Positions 42,476 through 51,755 of a stretch of 64,000 nucleotides of DNA are shown here, piece after piece. Source of the stretch: Nitrospirota bacterium (lineage in GTDB: Bacteria > Nitrospirota > UBA9217); assembly GCA_963754875.1 (NCBI GenBank), contig CAVWHO010000016.1, forward strand, positions 192,001 through 256,000, in the 5' to 3' direction. Position 1 is the stretch's first letter. Every line of letters starts with the position of its first letter. Position numbers and translations under genes: made by a program. Under the pieces are notes generated by a model that saw only the letters and a program-made list of their open reading frames with translations, did no database searches and was not told the origin of the DNA.

Positions 42476-42945
42476 TCAATAACCTTTCAGCGGATATTCC
42501 TTCCTCAGCGGGTGCCCTTCCCAGTCCTCGGGCAGCAGTATCCTGCGGAGGTCCGGATGGCCGTCGAACTTGATACCCATGAGGTCATAAGTCTCCCGCT
42601 CATGCCAGTTGGCCGTTTGCCAGATCGAAGAGACCGAATCTATTCTCGGGTCATTTTCCGTCACCCTTACCTTCAAACGAATGCGGTGACGGTGCACGGT
42701 AGATATCAGATTATACACAACTTCAAAACGAAGCCCCGTATCTTCGGGGTACCGGGAAAAATCGACGGCAGTCAGATCGGCCAGGTGGTCCATCTTGAGG
42801 GAGGGCTCATCACGCAGGAACAGGCAGATGTCCTTGATCTTGTCCTTCGTGAGCATGACACCGACCTGCCCGGCGTACACGCTGTGCCGAGTACGTGGCC
42901 GGCAAATTTTTCTTCTATCATTTTAGCGATTTGTAAAGGATCCAT
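42476..42945 (-). CDS. nuoC: NADH-quinone oxidoreductase subunit C (frameshift near 42883)
   Basis: [35 protein letters not shown]. The ATG at 42945 has an RBS but is one base out of frame. Confidence 0.9.
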
Positions 42946-43045
42946 ACGACCTCGTCCTGAGCCGCACGCGCTGAACGCTCGTGGTGCGCGGTTCTAGCTT
43001 CGAAAAATTCGTGATAGCAGCTTAATAACGGTATGTGGAGACTTG

Positions 43046-43525
43046 TTACTTCCGGATGTAGTGCTCTTTCCTGATCTTTTCCTGAAGCCTCATGATGCCG
43101 TTCATCAATGCCTCGGGCCTGGGAGGGCAACCCGGGATATAGACATCCACGGGAACAATGTTGTCCACGCCCTGTACAACGCTGTAGGTATTGAATATAC
43201 CGCCGGATCCCGCGCAGCTTCCCATGGCGATGACGTACCGCGGCTCGGGCATCTGATCATAGACGCGCCTCACGATCGGGGCCATCTTTTTCGTCAGTGT
43301 ACCGGCAACGAGCAGGAGGTCGGATTGTCTTGGAGAGGGACGCGGCACGGTCCCGAAACGGTCGAAATCATGCTGGGGCGCGGAATAGTATTGGATCATC
43401 TCAATGGCGCAACACGCAAGTCCGAATGTCATGGGCCAGATCGAACAGGACCTGCAATAGTTCAGGAACCCGTCGATCGTTGTGGTGATATACCCTTCAT
43501 CGAAAATGTTCTGGATTACTCCCAT
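43046..43525 (-). CDS. nuoB: NADH-quinone oxidoreductase subunit B
   Basis: [29 protein letters not shown]. Confidence 0.95.
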   Translation of the reverse strand: MGVIQNIFDEGYITTTIDGFLNYCRSCSIWPMTFGLACCAIEMIQYYSAPQHDFDRFGTVPRPSPRQSDLLLVAGTLTKKMAPIVRRVYDQMPEPRYVIAMGSCAGSGGIFNTYSVVQGVDNIVPVDVYIPGCPPRPEALMNGIMRLQEKIRKEHYIRK

Positions 43526-43890
43526 TCAAGGGCCCCCTTCTTCCACGCGTAGAAATATCCCACAACCAGAATGGCGATAAAAATCACCATTTCCACAAAA
43601 CCGTACATACCGAGATGGCTATAGGCTACGGCCCAGGGATACATAAACACGGCTTCGATATCGAAAATGAGGAACAGCATTGCAATGATGTAATACCGGA
43701 TAGAGAACTTCTGGTGAGCGTCCGTGAAGGGGGTGATGCCTGATTCGTAGGTGAGCAGTTTCTCGGGATAGGGGTTCCGAGGCCGGAGGATCCAGCTGAA
43801 AACCAGCATGCCGACGCCGACAGCAGTGCCCAGCAGTAGAAAAACTACAACGGGCAGAAAGTGTACCGGAAGGTACGCACTTGGAGTCAT
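43516..43890 (-). CDS. nuoA: NADH-quinone oxidoreductase subunit A
   Basis: [27 protein letters not shown]. Confidence 0.95.
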   Translation of the reverse strand: MTPSAYLPVHFLPVVVFLLLGTAVGVGMLVFSWILRPRNPYPEKLLTYESGITPFTDAHQKFSIRYYIIAMLFLIFDIEAVFMYPWAVAYSHLGMYGFVEMVIFIAILVVGYFYAWKKGALEWE

Positions 43891-43950
43891 ACGCTACTCC
43901 CTGCAATTAAATTTTTTATTAAATTTAGAAATATGACATCTTCTAAAAAC

Positions 43951-43968
43951 CTGTGCATATTATGACAA
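43951..43968 (-). promoter_or_regulatory. Possible Rex-like operator upstream of nuoA
   Basis: TTGTCATAATATGCACAG, an 18-bp imperfect match to TTGTGAA-N4-TTCACAA. Confidence 0.4.
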
Positions 43969-44157
43969 CTCATTTCGTTTGTCAATAAAAAAGAATTATA
44001 GCATTATAAAAAAACCGTGTTTATTTGCAAGACAAAGGTATGAAAGTTCATTATTTTGCAATTTTGTGGTTTGTTATAATATCGTCGACACAATTTTCAG
44101 GAACACTTGTTTTCGGTATTTCGATAAAGTACAATAACGTGCAGAACGGAGGAAGAC

Positions 44158-44781
44158 ATGGACCCCTATTCCAAGGAACAGTTGCTATCGTTCTACAACC
44201 TGCATTTCAAAAAATTCGGCGAACGACCGGAAGCGCTCCGCTGGACGCCGCAAGGACAGCTCAAGCGTTACCACACGTTTCTCGACATCGCACCTGACCT
44301 GAGCAACCAGAAGATCCTCGACTACGGCTGCGGCATGGCTGATTTTTATAAATTTTTAAAGAGGCGCGGCATCAACGTGAAGTACACCGGCGTGGACATC
44401 AATGAAAACTTCATTAATGTAGCGAAAAAGAAGTATCCGGAATGCACCTTCCGGGTGATGAATGTGGATGATGATTCTCTCGAAGGATTCTATGATTACA
44501 TTTTTATTTGCGGCGTTTTCAACCTGCAAGTCCCGGGCGTAGACGACGACCTGAAGAACGCACTCGTGACGCTCTTTAAGCATTGCAACAAGGGCCTGGC
44601 CTTGAGCGCGCTGTCGACTCACACAACCGTAAAGGACTATGAGCTCCACTTCACTTCGCCGGAGGAAATGGTCAGGTTCTCCATCGAGAATCTGTCTCCT
44701 TCGGTCGTTCTGCGTCACGACCGGCTCCCGAACGACTTCACTCTCTTTGTCTATACGTCATATAATGAAATAGAACTCTGA
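44158..44781 (+). CDS. Class I SAM-dependent methyltransferase
   Basis: ILDYGCG, YTGVDIN, YDYIFICGVFN. Confidence 0.88.
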   Translation: MDPYSKEQLLSFYNLHFKKFGERPEALRWTPQGQLKRYHTFLDIAPDLSNQKILDYGCGMADFYKFLKRRGINVKYTGVDINENFINVAKKKYPECTFRVMNVDDDSLEGFYDYIFICGVFNLQVPGVDDDLKNALVTLFKHCNKGLALSALSTHTTVKDYELHFTSPEEMVRFSIENLSPSVVLRHDRLPNDFTLFVYTSYNEIEL

Positions 44782-44852
44782 GATAACGAAGGAAGGGACA
44801 TGGGTTGTACGATCACGGACGATCTGCCATTCAAAACTCATGCAGCCGCTGC

Positions 44853-45017
44853 TTAATGCGCGCCCTTCGAAAGATATAGCCCATACAGCAATGAACCCCA
44901 GGCGATCAACGTCACATAGGTCGCGACTTTCCCTTTATCAAAGTCATTTATTCTTCCTATCAAAAAGGATATGAAAAACGTAACGATCGCAAATACAAGT
45001 ACCCCCATTACCACCAT
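44853..45017 (-). CDS. Small (54 aa) two-helix membrane protein
   Basis: AAGGAGG RBS; MVVMGVLVFAIVTFFISFLIGRINDFDKGKVATYVTLIAWGSLLYGLYLSKGAH; directly follows hesA. Confidence 0.6.
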   Translation of the reverse strand: MVVMGVLVFAIVTFFISFLIGRINDFDKGKVATYVTLIAWGSLLYGLYLSKGAH

Positions 45018-45040
45018 GATATCGCCTCCTTTCCGGTTTG

Positions 45041-45787
45041 TCAGGCTCTACAGACTTCGCAGTTTTCATCCCGTGGTATTTTTACTTTCTTAAATTCCAT
45101 ATCATAGGTGTTGAACACCAGCATCTCCGAGAGCAGCGGTTTCCCGTATCCGGTAATAAGCTTAATTGCTTCCAGCGCCATCATGCATCCCAACATTCCC
45201 GAAACCGCGCCGAGCACGGGAAACCCCAGTTCCTGCCACGAAGGGTCGTCCTCAGGATACACGCAGTGGACGCAGGATGCAACTTTCGGAAGAACGTTGA
45301 AGATGTAACCTTCCATCCCGTTCATGGCCGCCTCGACCATGGGAATTCCTTTCTCGATGCAGGCCTTGTTCAGGATCCTCCGCTCGGAAAAGTTCGGACG
45401 GGCAGACAGTGCTATCTGGGCCGTCCGAAGCAGCGCCTGGACATTGCTGCTCGTGATCCGCTCATCGTAAGTCTCTATCTCAACCTCGGGGTTCATTTCC
45501 TGGATCGTCTTTTTCGCCTGCAGGACCCTGCTCTTTCCGATACGGTTGCTTCTCATCAGGATCTGCCGGTTCATGTTCGACAGGGTCAGATTTCCCGCAT
45601 GCACCAGGACCAGCCTCCCGATCCCGGCTGCAGCGAGATAGAGCGCCGCGGTCCCTCCCAGCCCGCCCACGCCCGCGATAAGAGCGGTTGAATTCCTGAG
45701 CCATTGCTGATGGTCGGACGTAAACCCGCGCAGCATCATCTGCCGGCGATAACGTTCCCGTTCCGTATGAGTCAGCTCTGCGTCCAT
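45041..45787 (-). CDS. hesA: HesA/MoeB/ThiF family protein
   Basis: RYRRQM, GVGGLGG, SNMNRQ, two CxxC motifs; downstream of nifB. Confidence 0.85.
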   Translation of the reverse strand: MDAELTHTERERYRRQMMLRGFTSDHQQWLRNSTALIAGVGGLGGTAALYLAAAGIGRLVLVHAGNLTLSNMNRQILMRSNRIGKSRVLQAKKTIQEMNPEVEIETYDERITSSNVQALLRTAQIALSARPNFSERRILNKACIEKGIPMVEAAMNGMEGYIFNVLPKVASCVHCVYPEDDPSWQELGFPVLGAVSGMLGCMMALEAIKLITGYGKPLLSEMLVFNTYDMEFKKVKIPRDENCEVCRA

Positions 45788-45835
45788 TGCTAAACCGCCC
45801 CTCACCCTGGCTCGTCGATCTCTGACGAAGACCCG

Positions 45836-46723
45836 CTAAACCACTTCGCTGTATTCCTCGCCGATCCGCGCCATGAGCACTTCCAGTTCCATGTCCTTGT
45901 CCTCGCCGAGAACGCCGCAGGCATCGGCGCGGCATTGTTTGCAGTGCGTCATCTGCCGGATGTAGGGCCTGCACAATGCCCGCATCTTGTTGATCTCAGC
46001 ATGGGACGGCCGCACGAGATGGGCAAATTCCGCTTGCGGGATGAGTGGGATGATGTTCATGAGGTCCGCACCGAGTTTCCCGGCCCGTTCTGCAATAAGG
46101 GGCAGTTCAGCATCGTTCACGCCGGGTATGAAAACCGTGTTGACCTTGACGATAAGACCGGCATCGATCGCGCTCTTCAGCCCCTTCCACTGGTTCGCCA
46201 GGAGCAGTTCCGCGGCTTCCCTTCCCTCATATCGCCGTCCATGGTAAATGACCCAGGAGTAGATCTTCTCCGCGACCTCTGGGTTGACGGCATTGATCGT
46301 AACCGTCAGGCTCCGGACGCCTGCTGCGAGAAGCTGCTCCAGCTTGTCCGGCAGAAGGAGCCCGTTCGTGGAAAGACAAAGCGTAAGGTCAGGATATTCC
46401 CAGTTGATGTGTCTCAGTACTACGAAGGTTGGAGCATTCACGAGCGGGTCTCCGGGGCCCGCGATCCCGATGACGCTCAGGCGGTCGCTCCGCTCGATAA
46501 GCGCCCTCGTGCGATCAAGGGCTTCTTCCGGTGTCAGTACCCTGCTGGTAATTCCCGGCCGGCACTCGTTGGCGCAGTCGAATTTCCTGACGCAGTAGCG
46601 GCACTGGATATTGCACGCAGGCGCAACCGGCAGATGGGCTCTGCTGAATTTTTCGTGCGCCTCTTCTGTGAAACAGGGGTGCACCTTGATAAACTCCTTG
46701 TTAACACGAGCTGGGTCGTTCAT
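45836..46723 (-). CDS. nifB: FeMo-cofactor biosynthesis radical SAM protein NifB (no NifX domain)
   Basis: HPC, HLPVAPACNIQCRYC, ECRPG, AGPGDPL, CKQCRADA. Confidence 0.93.
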   Translation of the reverse strand: MNDPARVNKEFIKVHPCFTEEAHEKFSRAHLPVAPACNIQCRYCVRKFDCANECRPGITSRVLTPEEALDRTRALIERSDRLSVIGIAGPGDPLVNAPTFVVLRHINWEYPDLTLCLSTNGLLLPDKLEQLLAAGVRSLTVTINAVNPEVAEKIYSWVIYHGRRYEGREAAELLLANQWKGLKSAIDAGLIVKVNTVFIPGVNDAELPLIAERAGKLGADLMNIIPLIPQAEFAHLVRPSHAEINKMRALCRPYIRQMTHCKQCRADACGVLGEDKDMELEVLMARIGEEYSEVV

Positions 46724-46755
46724 ATCAGCCTCCTTGCATCCATGCTCATGATAAT

Positions 46756-46771
46756 AGCAATATCACTGCCA
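46756..46771 (-). promoter_or_regulatory. Sigma54 (-24/-12) promoter of nifB
   Basis: Minus-strand TGGCAG-TGATA-TTGCT. Confidence 0.75.
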
Positions 46772-46855
46772 CCTGTTGCCTCTTGATAATCAATGAGTTG
46801 AAGGGAATGCGAAAGGAGAGCTTGCAAAGACGTTGGGCAATTGACTAATTTTCGA

Positions 46856-47332
46856 TCAACCGCCGGCTGTTTCGGATATTACGTGATGTTTTCGCAGGCA
46901 GATGAGCCTCGTGAAAGTCCAGCCCCGGGATGCGTAGAAATTCAGTGCCCGGTGGTTCTCCCGGTCCGCCAAAAGCTGGAGTCGCGTAAGCCCCTGTTCC
47001 CTGCTCCAGGCGATGATCCTTTCGATAAGGAGCGTGCCGACATTGCAGCGGCGGAAGCGCCTGTCCACGATCACGTCTTCCACGAGTCCCACACGGCTTC
47101 CCTCAGCGGTAGAAACGAGCGTCTGGACCGTGGCCATGCCCACGATGCTGTCGTCGGCGACGGCCACGCCGACGAAGACCCTCCCCGACAGATCAGCGAC
47201 GAGCATGCCGAGGCCCTTCGCCTGCTTGACGACGTCGACTTTGAAGTCCGTCTCTACGCTGAATAAGTCGGCGAGCAGTTCGCACATCAGGGGTATGTCA
47301 TCCGGTCGAGCAGGTCGAATGGTTATTTTCAA
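46856..47332 (-). CDS. GNAT acetyltransferase
   Basis: TIRPA, VEDVIVDRRFRR..VG, ALNFY. A TTG start right after the ferredoxin stop is assumed. Confidence 0.8.
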   Translation of the reverse strand: MKITIRPARPDDIPLMCELLADLFSVETDFKVDVVKQAKGLGMLVADLSGRVFVGVAVADDSIVGMATVQTLVSTAEGSRVGLVEDVIVDRRFRRCNVGTLLIERIIAWSREQGLTRLQLLADRENHRALNFYASRGWTFTRLICLRKHHVISETAGG

Positions 47333-47334
47333 GA

Positions 47335-47613
47335 TCAGACCGACACATGCACATGGCATTTTTTCGTACAGGTGCGGCTGCAGGCTTCGCACCCGATACA
47401 GTTGGCGAGATGGGCAACAGACATGACTTTATTTCCCATATCATCACCGTACTCGTCCTCTCCTTCAAAGGGCTTCTCTATGAGTTCGAGTACGTCGAAG
47501 CCGCAGACTTTGAAGCACCTGCCGCATCCGATGCACTTGTTTACGTCAATGGAATCGATGAATTTCGGGGTCCAGGGTTTTCCACCCCGCGTGGTTCCGG
47601 TGATGGGGGACAT
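47335..47613 (-). CDS. fdxB: nif-specific ferredoxin III
   Basis: TRGGKPWTPKF, CIGCGRCFKVC, CIGCEACSRTC. Confidence 0.88.
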   Translation of the reverse strand: MSPITGTTRGGKPWTPKFIDSIDVNKCIGCGRCFKVCGFDVLELIEKPFEGEDEYGDDMGNKVMSVAHLANCIGCEACSRTCTKKCHVHVSV

Positions 47614-47693
47614 GGTTCCTCCTTGTGAATAAGGGGCAGGGGCCAGCGTAAAAAAACTTCTGAACACCGGCTACTGAACCCACTGCCCTGCCT

Positions 47694-48110
47694 TTACGCT
47701 ATCGCTTCGCCGTTCTTTTCGCCCGTCCTGACGCGCACCGCGTTCTCTATGGGCGAGACGAAGATCTTGCCGTCGCCGGCCTTGCCGGTGTGGTTCACCT
47801 TGATGATGGATTTGACGATCTTCGTGACCACGTCGTCTGGCACCACGATCGTTAAAAGCCGCTTTGGAACGAAGAGCGCGATCTTCGGCAGCGTATGGTC
47901 AAGCGCATACGTGGACGGGGTCGGCTTCAGCTTTGCCGTGGTGCAATAGCTATCCGGCATCTCCGAATCCATTTCTCCGCACATGGCGCCTTTCTGCTTG
48001 CCCCTGCCTTCAACGCTCTGGATCGTAAGCGATGGATAGCCGAGGTCATCAAGCACCTTTTTTGTTTCCGGGAGTTTGTCCCGGCGTATGATGGCAGTGA
48101 TTTCTTTCAT
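47694..48110 (-). CDS. nifI2: P-II family regulator NifI2
   Basis: MKEITAIIR, GRGKQ, long T-loop, PKRLL, GDGKIFV. Confidence 0.85.
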   Translation of the reverse strand: MKEITAIIRRDKLPETKKVLDDLGYPSLTIQSVEGRGKQKGAMCGEMDSEMPDSYCTTAKLKPTPSTYALDHTLPKIALFVPKRLLTIVVPDDVVTKIVKSIIKVNHTGKAGDGKIFVSPIENAVRVRTGEKNGEAIA

Positions 48111-48213
48111 TGTTCAGCCTCCTTAAAATTCAGCCACAGAGGCACAGAGACACGGAGAAAGATAAAGTGCTGTTCCAATTCACTCCGCAGTCCGTGCTCC
48201 GCAGCCCGCATCG

Positions 48214-48531
48214 CTACAGCCCGGCTTCCCCGGTCCTCACCGTATATGCAGCCTCCACCGGGCTGATGAAGATCTTGCCGTCACCGATGAAGCCCGTCCT
48301 CGCCTTGTCCTGGATCACCTTCATTACCTTGTCAAGGTCCTTGTCGTCGATCACCGTCATGATAAGCACTTTCGGCAGCTCATCGTAATGCACCGGCCCG
48401 ACGGTCAGCCCCTTCTGTTTCCCCCGTCCGAACACCGGCACCTTGGTAAGAGACGGAAAACCGGCTCCTTCCAGTGCCAGCACGACCTCCTGCTCCTTCT
48501 CGGGCCGGATAAAAGCTCTGATCATCTTCAT
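48214..48531 (-). CDS. nifI1: P-II family regulator NifI1
   Basis: IRPEK, GRGKQKG...YDELPK, GDGKIF. Confidence 0.88.
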   Translation of the reverse strand: MKMIRAFIRPEKEQEVVLALEGAGFPSLTKVPVFGRGKQKGLTVGPVHYDELPKVLIMTVIDDKDLDKVMKVIQDKARTGFIGDGKIFISPVEAAYTVRTGEAGL

Positions 48532-48585
48532 GATTTGTTTCCTCCTTGTACTCCGAACTGTGTACTTTGTACTCTGAACTCTAAG

Positions 48586-48981
48586 CTATGGTTTACTCAA
48601 CGCCTTCTTCAGCCACGGCGGCGGCGATTTTTTAATCGTTTCCCCAAGCTGTTCGAGGGCATTCTCGATCGAAATGATCTCTTTCACTTTCATAGGCATG
48701 ATCCCTTTTTTCACCAGACGCGCTGCCGAAGGGCCGCCGATCTCCGTAAGATAGATAAGCTTGCAGTCCGCGAGACGATCGACCTTCCCCTGGACGGCAC
48801 TGTCATGGAGCGGTCCTCCGTCCTTCGTTTCCGAAACGGCCTTATCAATACCTTCGGCGAATTTTCGCATTTCAAGGAAATGGTGACCGCCTTCCGTCAT
48901 ATCGTAGATCGCAAACACCCCGCATCTGCCGAAATGCTCGTCCACATTTTTACCGTCGGTTGTTGCAAATGCAACCTTCAT
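48586..48981 (-). CDS. nifX: FeMo-cofactor carrier NifX
   Basis: MKVAFAT, VDEHFG, IGGPSAARL, PPPWLKKAL. Confidence 0.9.
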   Translation of the reverse strand: MKVAFATTDGKNVDEHFGRCGVFAIYDMTEGGHHFLEMRKFAEGIDKAVSETKDGGPLHDSAVQGKVDRLADCKLIYLTEIGGPSAARLVKKGIMPMKVKEIISIENALEQLGETIKKSPPPWLKKALSKP

Positions 48982-49014
48982 AAACTACCTCCTGTTCCTG
49001 ACCCTGGCCTCTAA

Positions 49015-51693
49015 TCAATGTTTCTTCATCAGCAAATTCGCCATGTCATTCACCATGGTCATTGTTCCCCGATAGCCGATCGTGACCTTTGAAGTGTATC
49101 CGAAGGTTTTATACACCGGGAACCCCATTTCATAGAGCGGAATCTCAAGCAGTCGCGCTGTGCTCTCTGCATGTGAGTTGGAGATGAGCACATCGAAATC
49201 ACCGGTAATGGAAAAGAGATCGCCGATCCGCACTTCCCGGGCGCGGATCCGGTCTGCCGCCTCGGACAGTGTCGGGATGACAGCCAGTTCGACTGTCGCG
49301 CCCATTTCATCAAGCCATTTCGAGGTCTGGACCGCAAGGTCGGGCTCGAGGGCGATACATATTTTTTTGTTTCCGAAGAGAGCATGTGCGTCCCGCATGG
49401 TGTCCACCAGTACTCTTCGCTGCCGTTCGTATTTGCTGGGAACGGGTTGCCCGCTTACCTCAGTCAGGAACTGAATGAGCCGGTCAGAGTCGGAAAGTCC
49501 CGATATACTATCGAACATGCGATAAGCAATGCCGAATTTCTGCTGCAGCAGTTTTGCCGCGGGTTCCATGCTCATCCCGAAGGCGACGGTACAAGATGCG
49601 TCAGCCAGGGATGCCAGTTCCTCCATTGTCGTCCCGCCTGAAGCCAGGGGAGAAAAAACCTCTCTGCTCCCGTCGAGAGCAGACAGGTTCGGGAGAATGG
49701 TCACCTTCAAGCCGAAGGATTCTGCAAGGTCCGTGACCTCAATGAAATCCGCCGGCGTCAGATGCGATCCTGCGATGATGTTGATTCTATTTGTCTGCGA
49801 CGCCTTTACTCCAGACCCGAAACTCGAAACTATTTTCTCAATCGCCTTTGCATACCCCGTTTCCAACCCGCCGTCATAGTCCGGGGTCGGTATATGAACA
49901 ATTATTGAGTTTAAAGATTTACTCCTGGCCCTTATCTCCTGACTCCTGGCTACTGCTTTTACATCATCCCCCTTTACTTCGGAAAGCCCTGACGTGAGCA
50001 CGCCTATGAGAGCGGGTTTATTTTTCTCGATGAAACCTTCTATCGTCGTAGCCAGTTTCTCCTCACTGCCCATGACAACGTCTTCCACGAACAGCTTCGA
50101 CGACGCGAGTGCGATCGGTTCGCGAAAGTGTTTGGTCAGGAGCACTTTGCCGAGGAACGTGCACCCCTGGCCTCCGTGGATGATCGGCAAAGCGCGGTCG
50201 ATGCCCTGGAGCGCGATTGCCGCGCCCATTGAGGGGGAGTGCTTGAGTGGATTGATCAGAATTGCAGATTTCGGATTGGCGTTTTCGGATTTTTTCCTTC
50301 CTCTCCCCTCGCGGGAGAGGACCGAGATGAGGGGGGCTTCTGCAATCCGCAATCCACAATCCGCAATTGTTTCGCTTTTCTTGTAGAAGCGAAGACTATT
50401 GCTGATCTGCTCGGCAAGGTTCGCCAGCCCGAGATACCCTGCATAAGGCGTATGCCGTTCCTGGTTCACGTCTACAAAGGGATAGCCTTCCTTGATGGCC
50501 AGATACTGGTTCCGGCCTCCGGCAATGAGCATGTCCGCACCGCGGTCCTTCAGAAGCTTCAGCAGGTTCTTCGGCGTCACGTCCTCGACCAGCGGCCCGT
50601 CGGGCCCCAGCAGTTCCTTCATTTTTTCTTCATCTTCGATAGTGCTTTTCTTCGTTCCCACAGCGACGAGTTCGATTCCGAGGTCACGGAGCGCGGAGAT
50701 GAAGGACCAGCTCTTGACCCCGCCGGTGTACAGTACCGCTTTTTTGCCGAGCAGGTGATCATAAGGCTTGAGTTGCAGCTTGAGCCGCTTCTCTTCGCTT
50801 TTTATCAGTTCCTCTGCGGCTTTTGCAAGTGCGGCGTCTCCCGACTCCTTGCCCCTGGCCCCCTGCCCCTGAAGTTTCTGGGCAATCGCGCGCAGGGCCT
50901 TTGCAATCTCCGTACTTCCGAAGAAGGACACCTCTACGTAGGGAATGCCGTATTTTCTCTCCATCTCGTGCGCTACATTAATGAGGGCACGGCTGCAGAC
51001 GACCACGTTCAGTTTTGCATGGTGCGCCCAGGTGATCTCCTCGAAGGTCGAGTCGCCGGTGATCTTCGAGAGAATCCGAATGCCGGCCCTGGCCAGGAGC
51101 GGCTCCACGAGCCAGAGATCGCCGGCGATGTTATACTCGCCGATCAGATTAATATCATAGTGAGTTGTGACCGGCGGCTCTCCCGTGCCAATTACCTGTT
51201 CAAGCAGGACTTCGCCGGCTATGCGGTTCCCGAGGTTCTTCGGACCAACGAAGCCCGGCGCGTTCACTGCGATGACCCGGATGCCGAACTCGTTCTCCGC
51301 CCGCTTGCACACGGAGTCGATGTCTTCACCCGTGAGCCCGCTCACGCAGGTGGAGTAGACAAAGATCGCTTTCGGCTTTGTTGACTCGTACGTCTTCGCG
51401 ATTGCCTGAAAGAGCTTTTCTTCCGAACCATAGACGATGTCGATTTCGCCCATGTCGGTGGTGAAACCCATGGTATGCAGATTTCCCTTTGTTGACTGCG
51501 TCCCCCGGCCCTCCCAGGAATTGCCGCAGCAGGCGATGGGACCATGCACAAGGTGTGCGGTGTCGGCAATGGGCTGAAGCACGATCATGGCCCCGTCGAA
51601 AGCGCAGGACTCCCCGCCCCGTGAACGGCAGACCTTGTCTTTGTTGTCCGTGCTGCAGCCGTGCGCCGTTAATTTATCGATCGTGCTGACCAT
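49015..51693 (-). CDS. nifEN: Fused nitrogenase cofactor scaffold NifEN
   Basis: CAFDGA, KNLGNR, YTGGVKSWS (NifE), then INPLKHS..GA, HGGQGC, HFREPI (NifN), all in one frame. Confidence 0.93.
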   Translation of the reverse strand: MVSTIDKLTAHGCSTDNKDKVCRSRGGESCAFDGAMIVLQPIADTAHLVHGPIACCGNSWEGRGTQSTKGNLHTMGFTTDMGEIDIVYGSEEKLFQAIAKTYESTKPKAIFVYSTCVSGLTGEDIDSVCKRAENEFGIRVIAVNAPGFVGPKNLGNRIAGEVLLEQVIGTGEPPVTTHYDINLIGEYNIAGDLWLVEPLLARAGIRILSKITGDSTFEEITWAHHAKLNVVVCSRALINVAHEMERKYGIPYVEVSFFGSTEIAKALRAIAQKLQGQGARGKESGDAALAKAAEELIKSEEKRLKLQLKPYDHLLGKKAVLYTGGVKSWSFISALRDLGIELVAVGTKKSTIEDEEKMKELLGPDGPLVEDVTPKNLLKLLKDRGADMLIAGGRNQYLAIKEGYPFVDVNQERHTPYAGYLGLANLAEQISNSLRFYKKSETIADCGLRIAEAPLISVLSREGRGRKKSENANPKSAILINPLKHSPSMGAAIALQGIDRALPIIHGGQGCTFLGKVLLTKHFREPIALASSKLFVEDVVMGSEEKLATTIEGFIEKNKPALIGVLTSGLSEVKGDDVKAVARSQEIRARSKSLNSIIVHIPTPDYDGGLETGYAKAIEKIVSSFGSGVKASQTNRINIIAGSHLTPADFIEVTDLAESFGLKVTILPNLSALDGSREVFSPLASGGTTMEELASLADASCTVAFGMSMEPAAKLLQQKFGIAYRMFDSISGLSDSDRLIQFLTEVSGQPVPSKYERQRRVLVDTMRDAHALFGNKKICIALEPDLAVQTSKWLDEMGATVELAVIPTLSEAADRIRAREVRIGDLFSITGDFDVLISNSHAESTARLLEIPLYEMGFPVYKTFGYTSKVTIGYRGTMTMVNDMANLLMKKH

Positions 51694-51755
51694 AGATGCT
51701 CCATGCACTTTGAATTGTGTACTCTGTACTCTGTACTCTGTACTCTGAACTATCC

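Noticed and set aside
41191..43525. NuoB/NuoD as a group 4 [NiFe]-hydrogenase
   Set aside because: NuoD lacks both CxxC Ni-binding motifs and has the quinone-site GPQHP/HGVLR and a GECDR end.
51706..51750. Short tandem repeats as a CRISPR array
   Set aside because: 7-nt units without unique spacers, and no cas genes.
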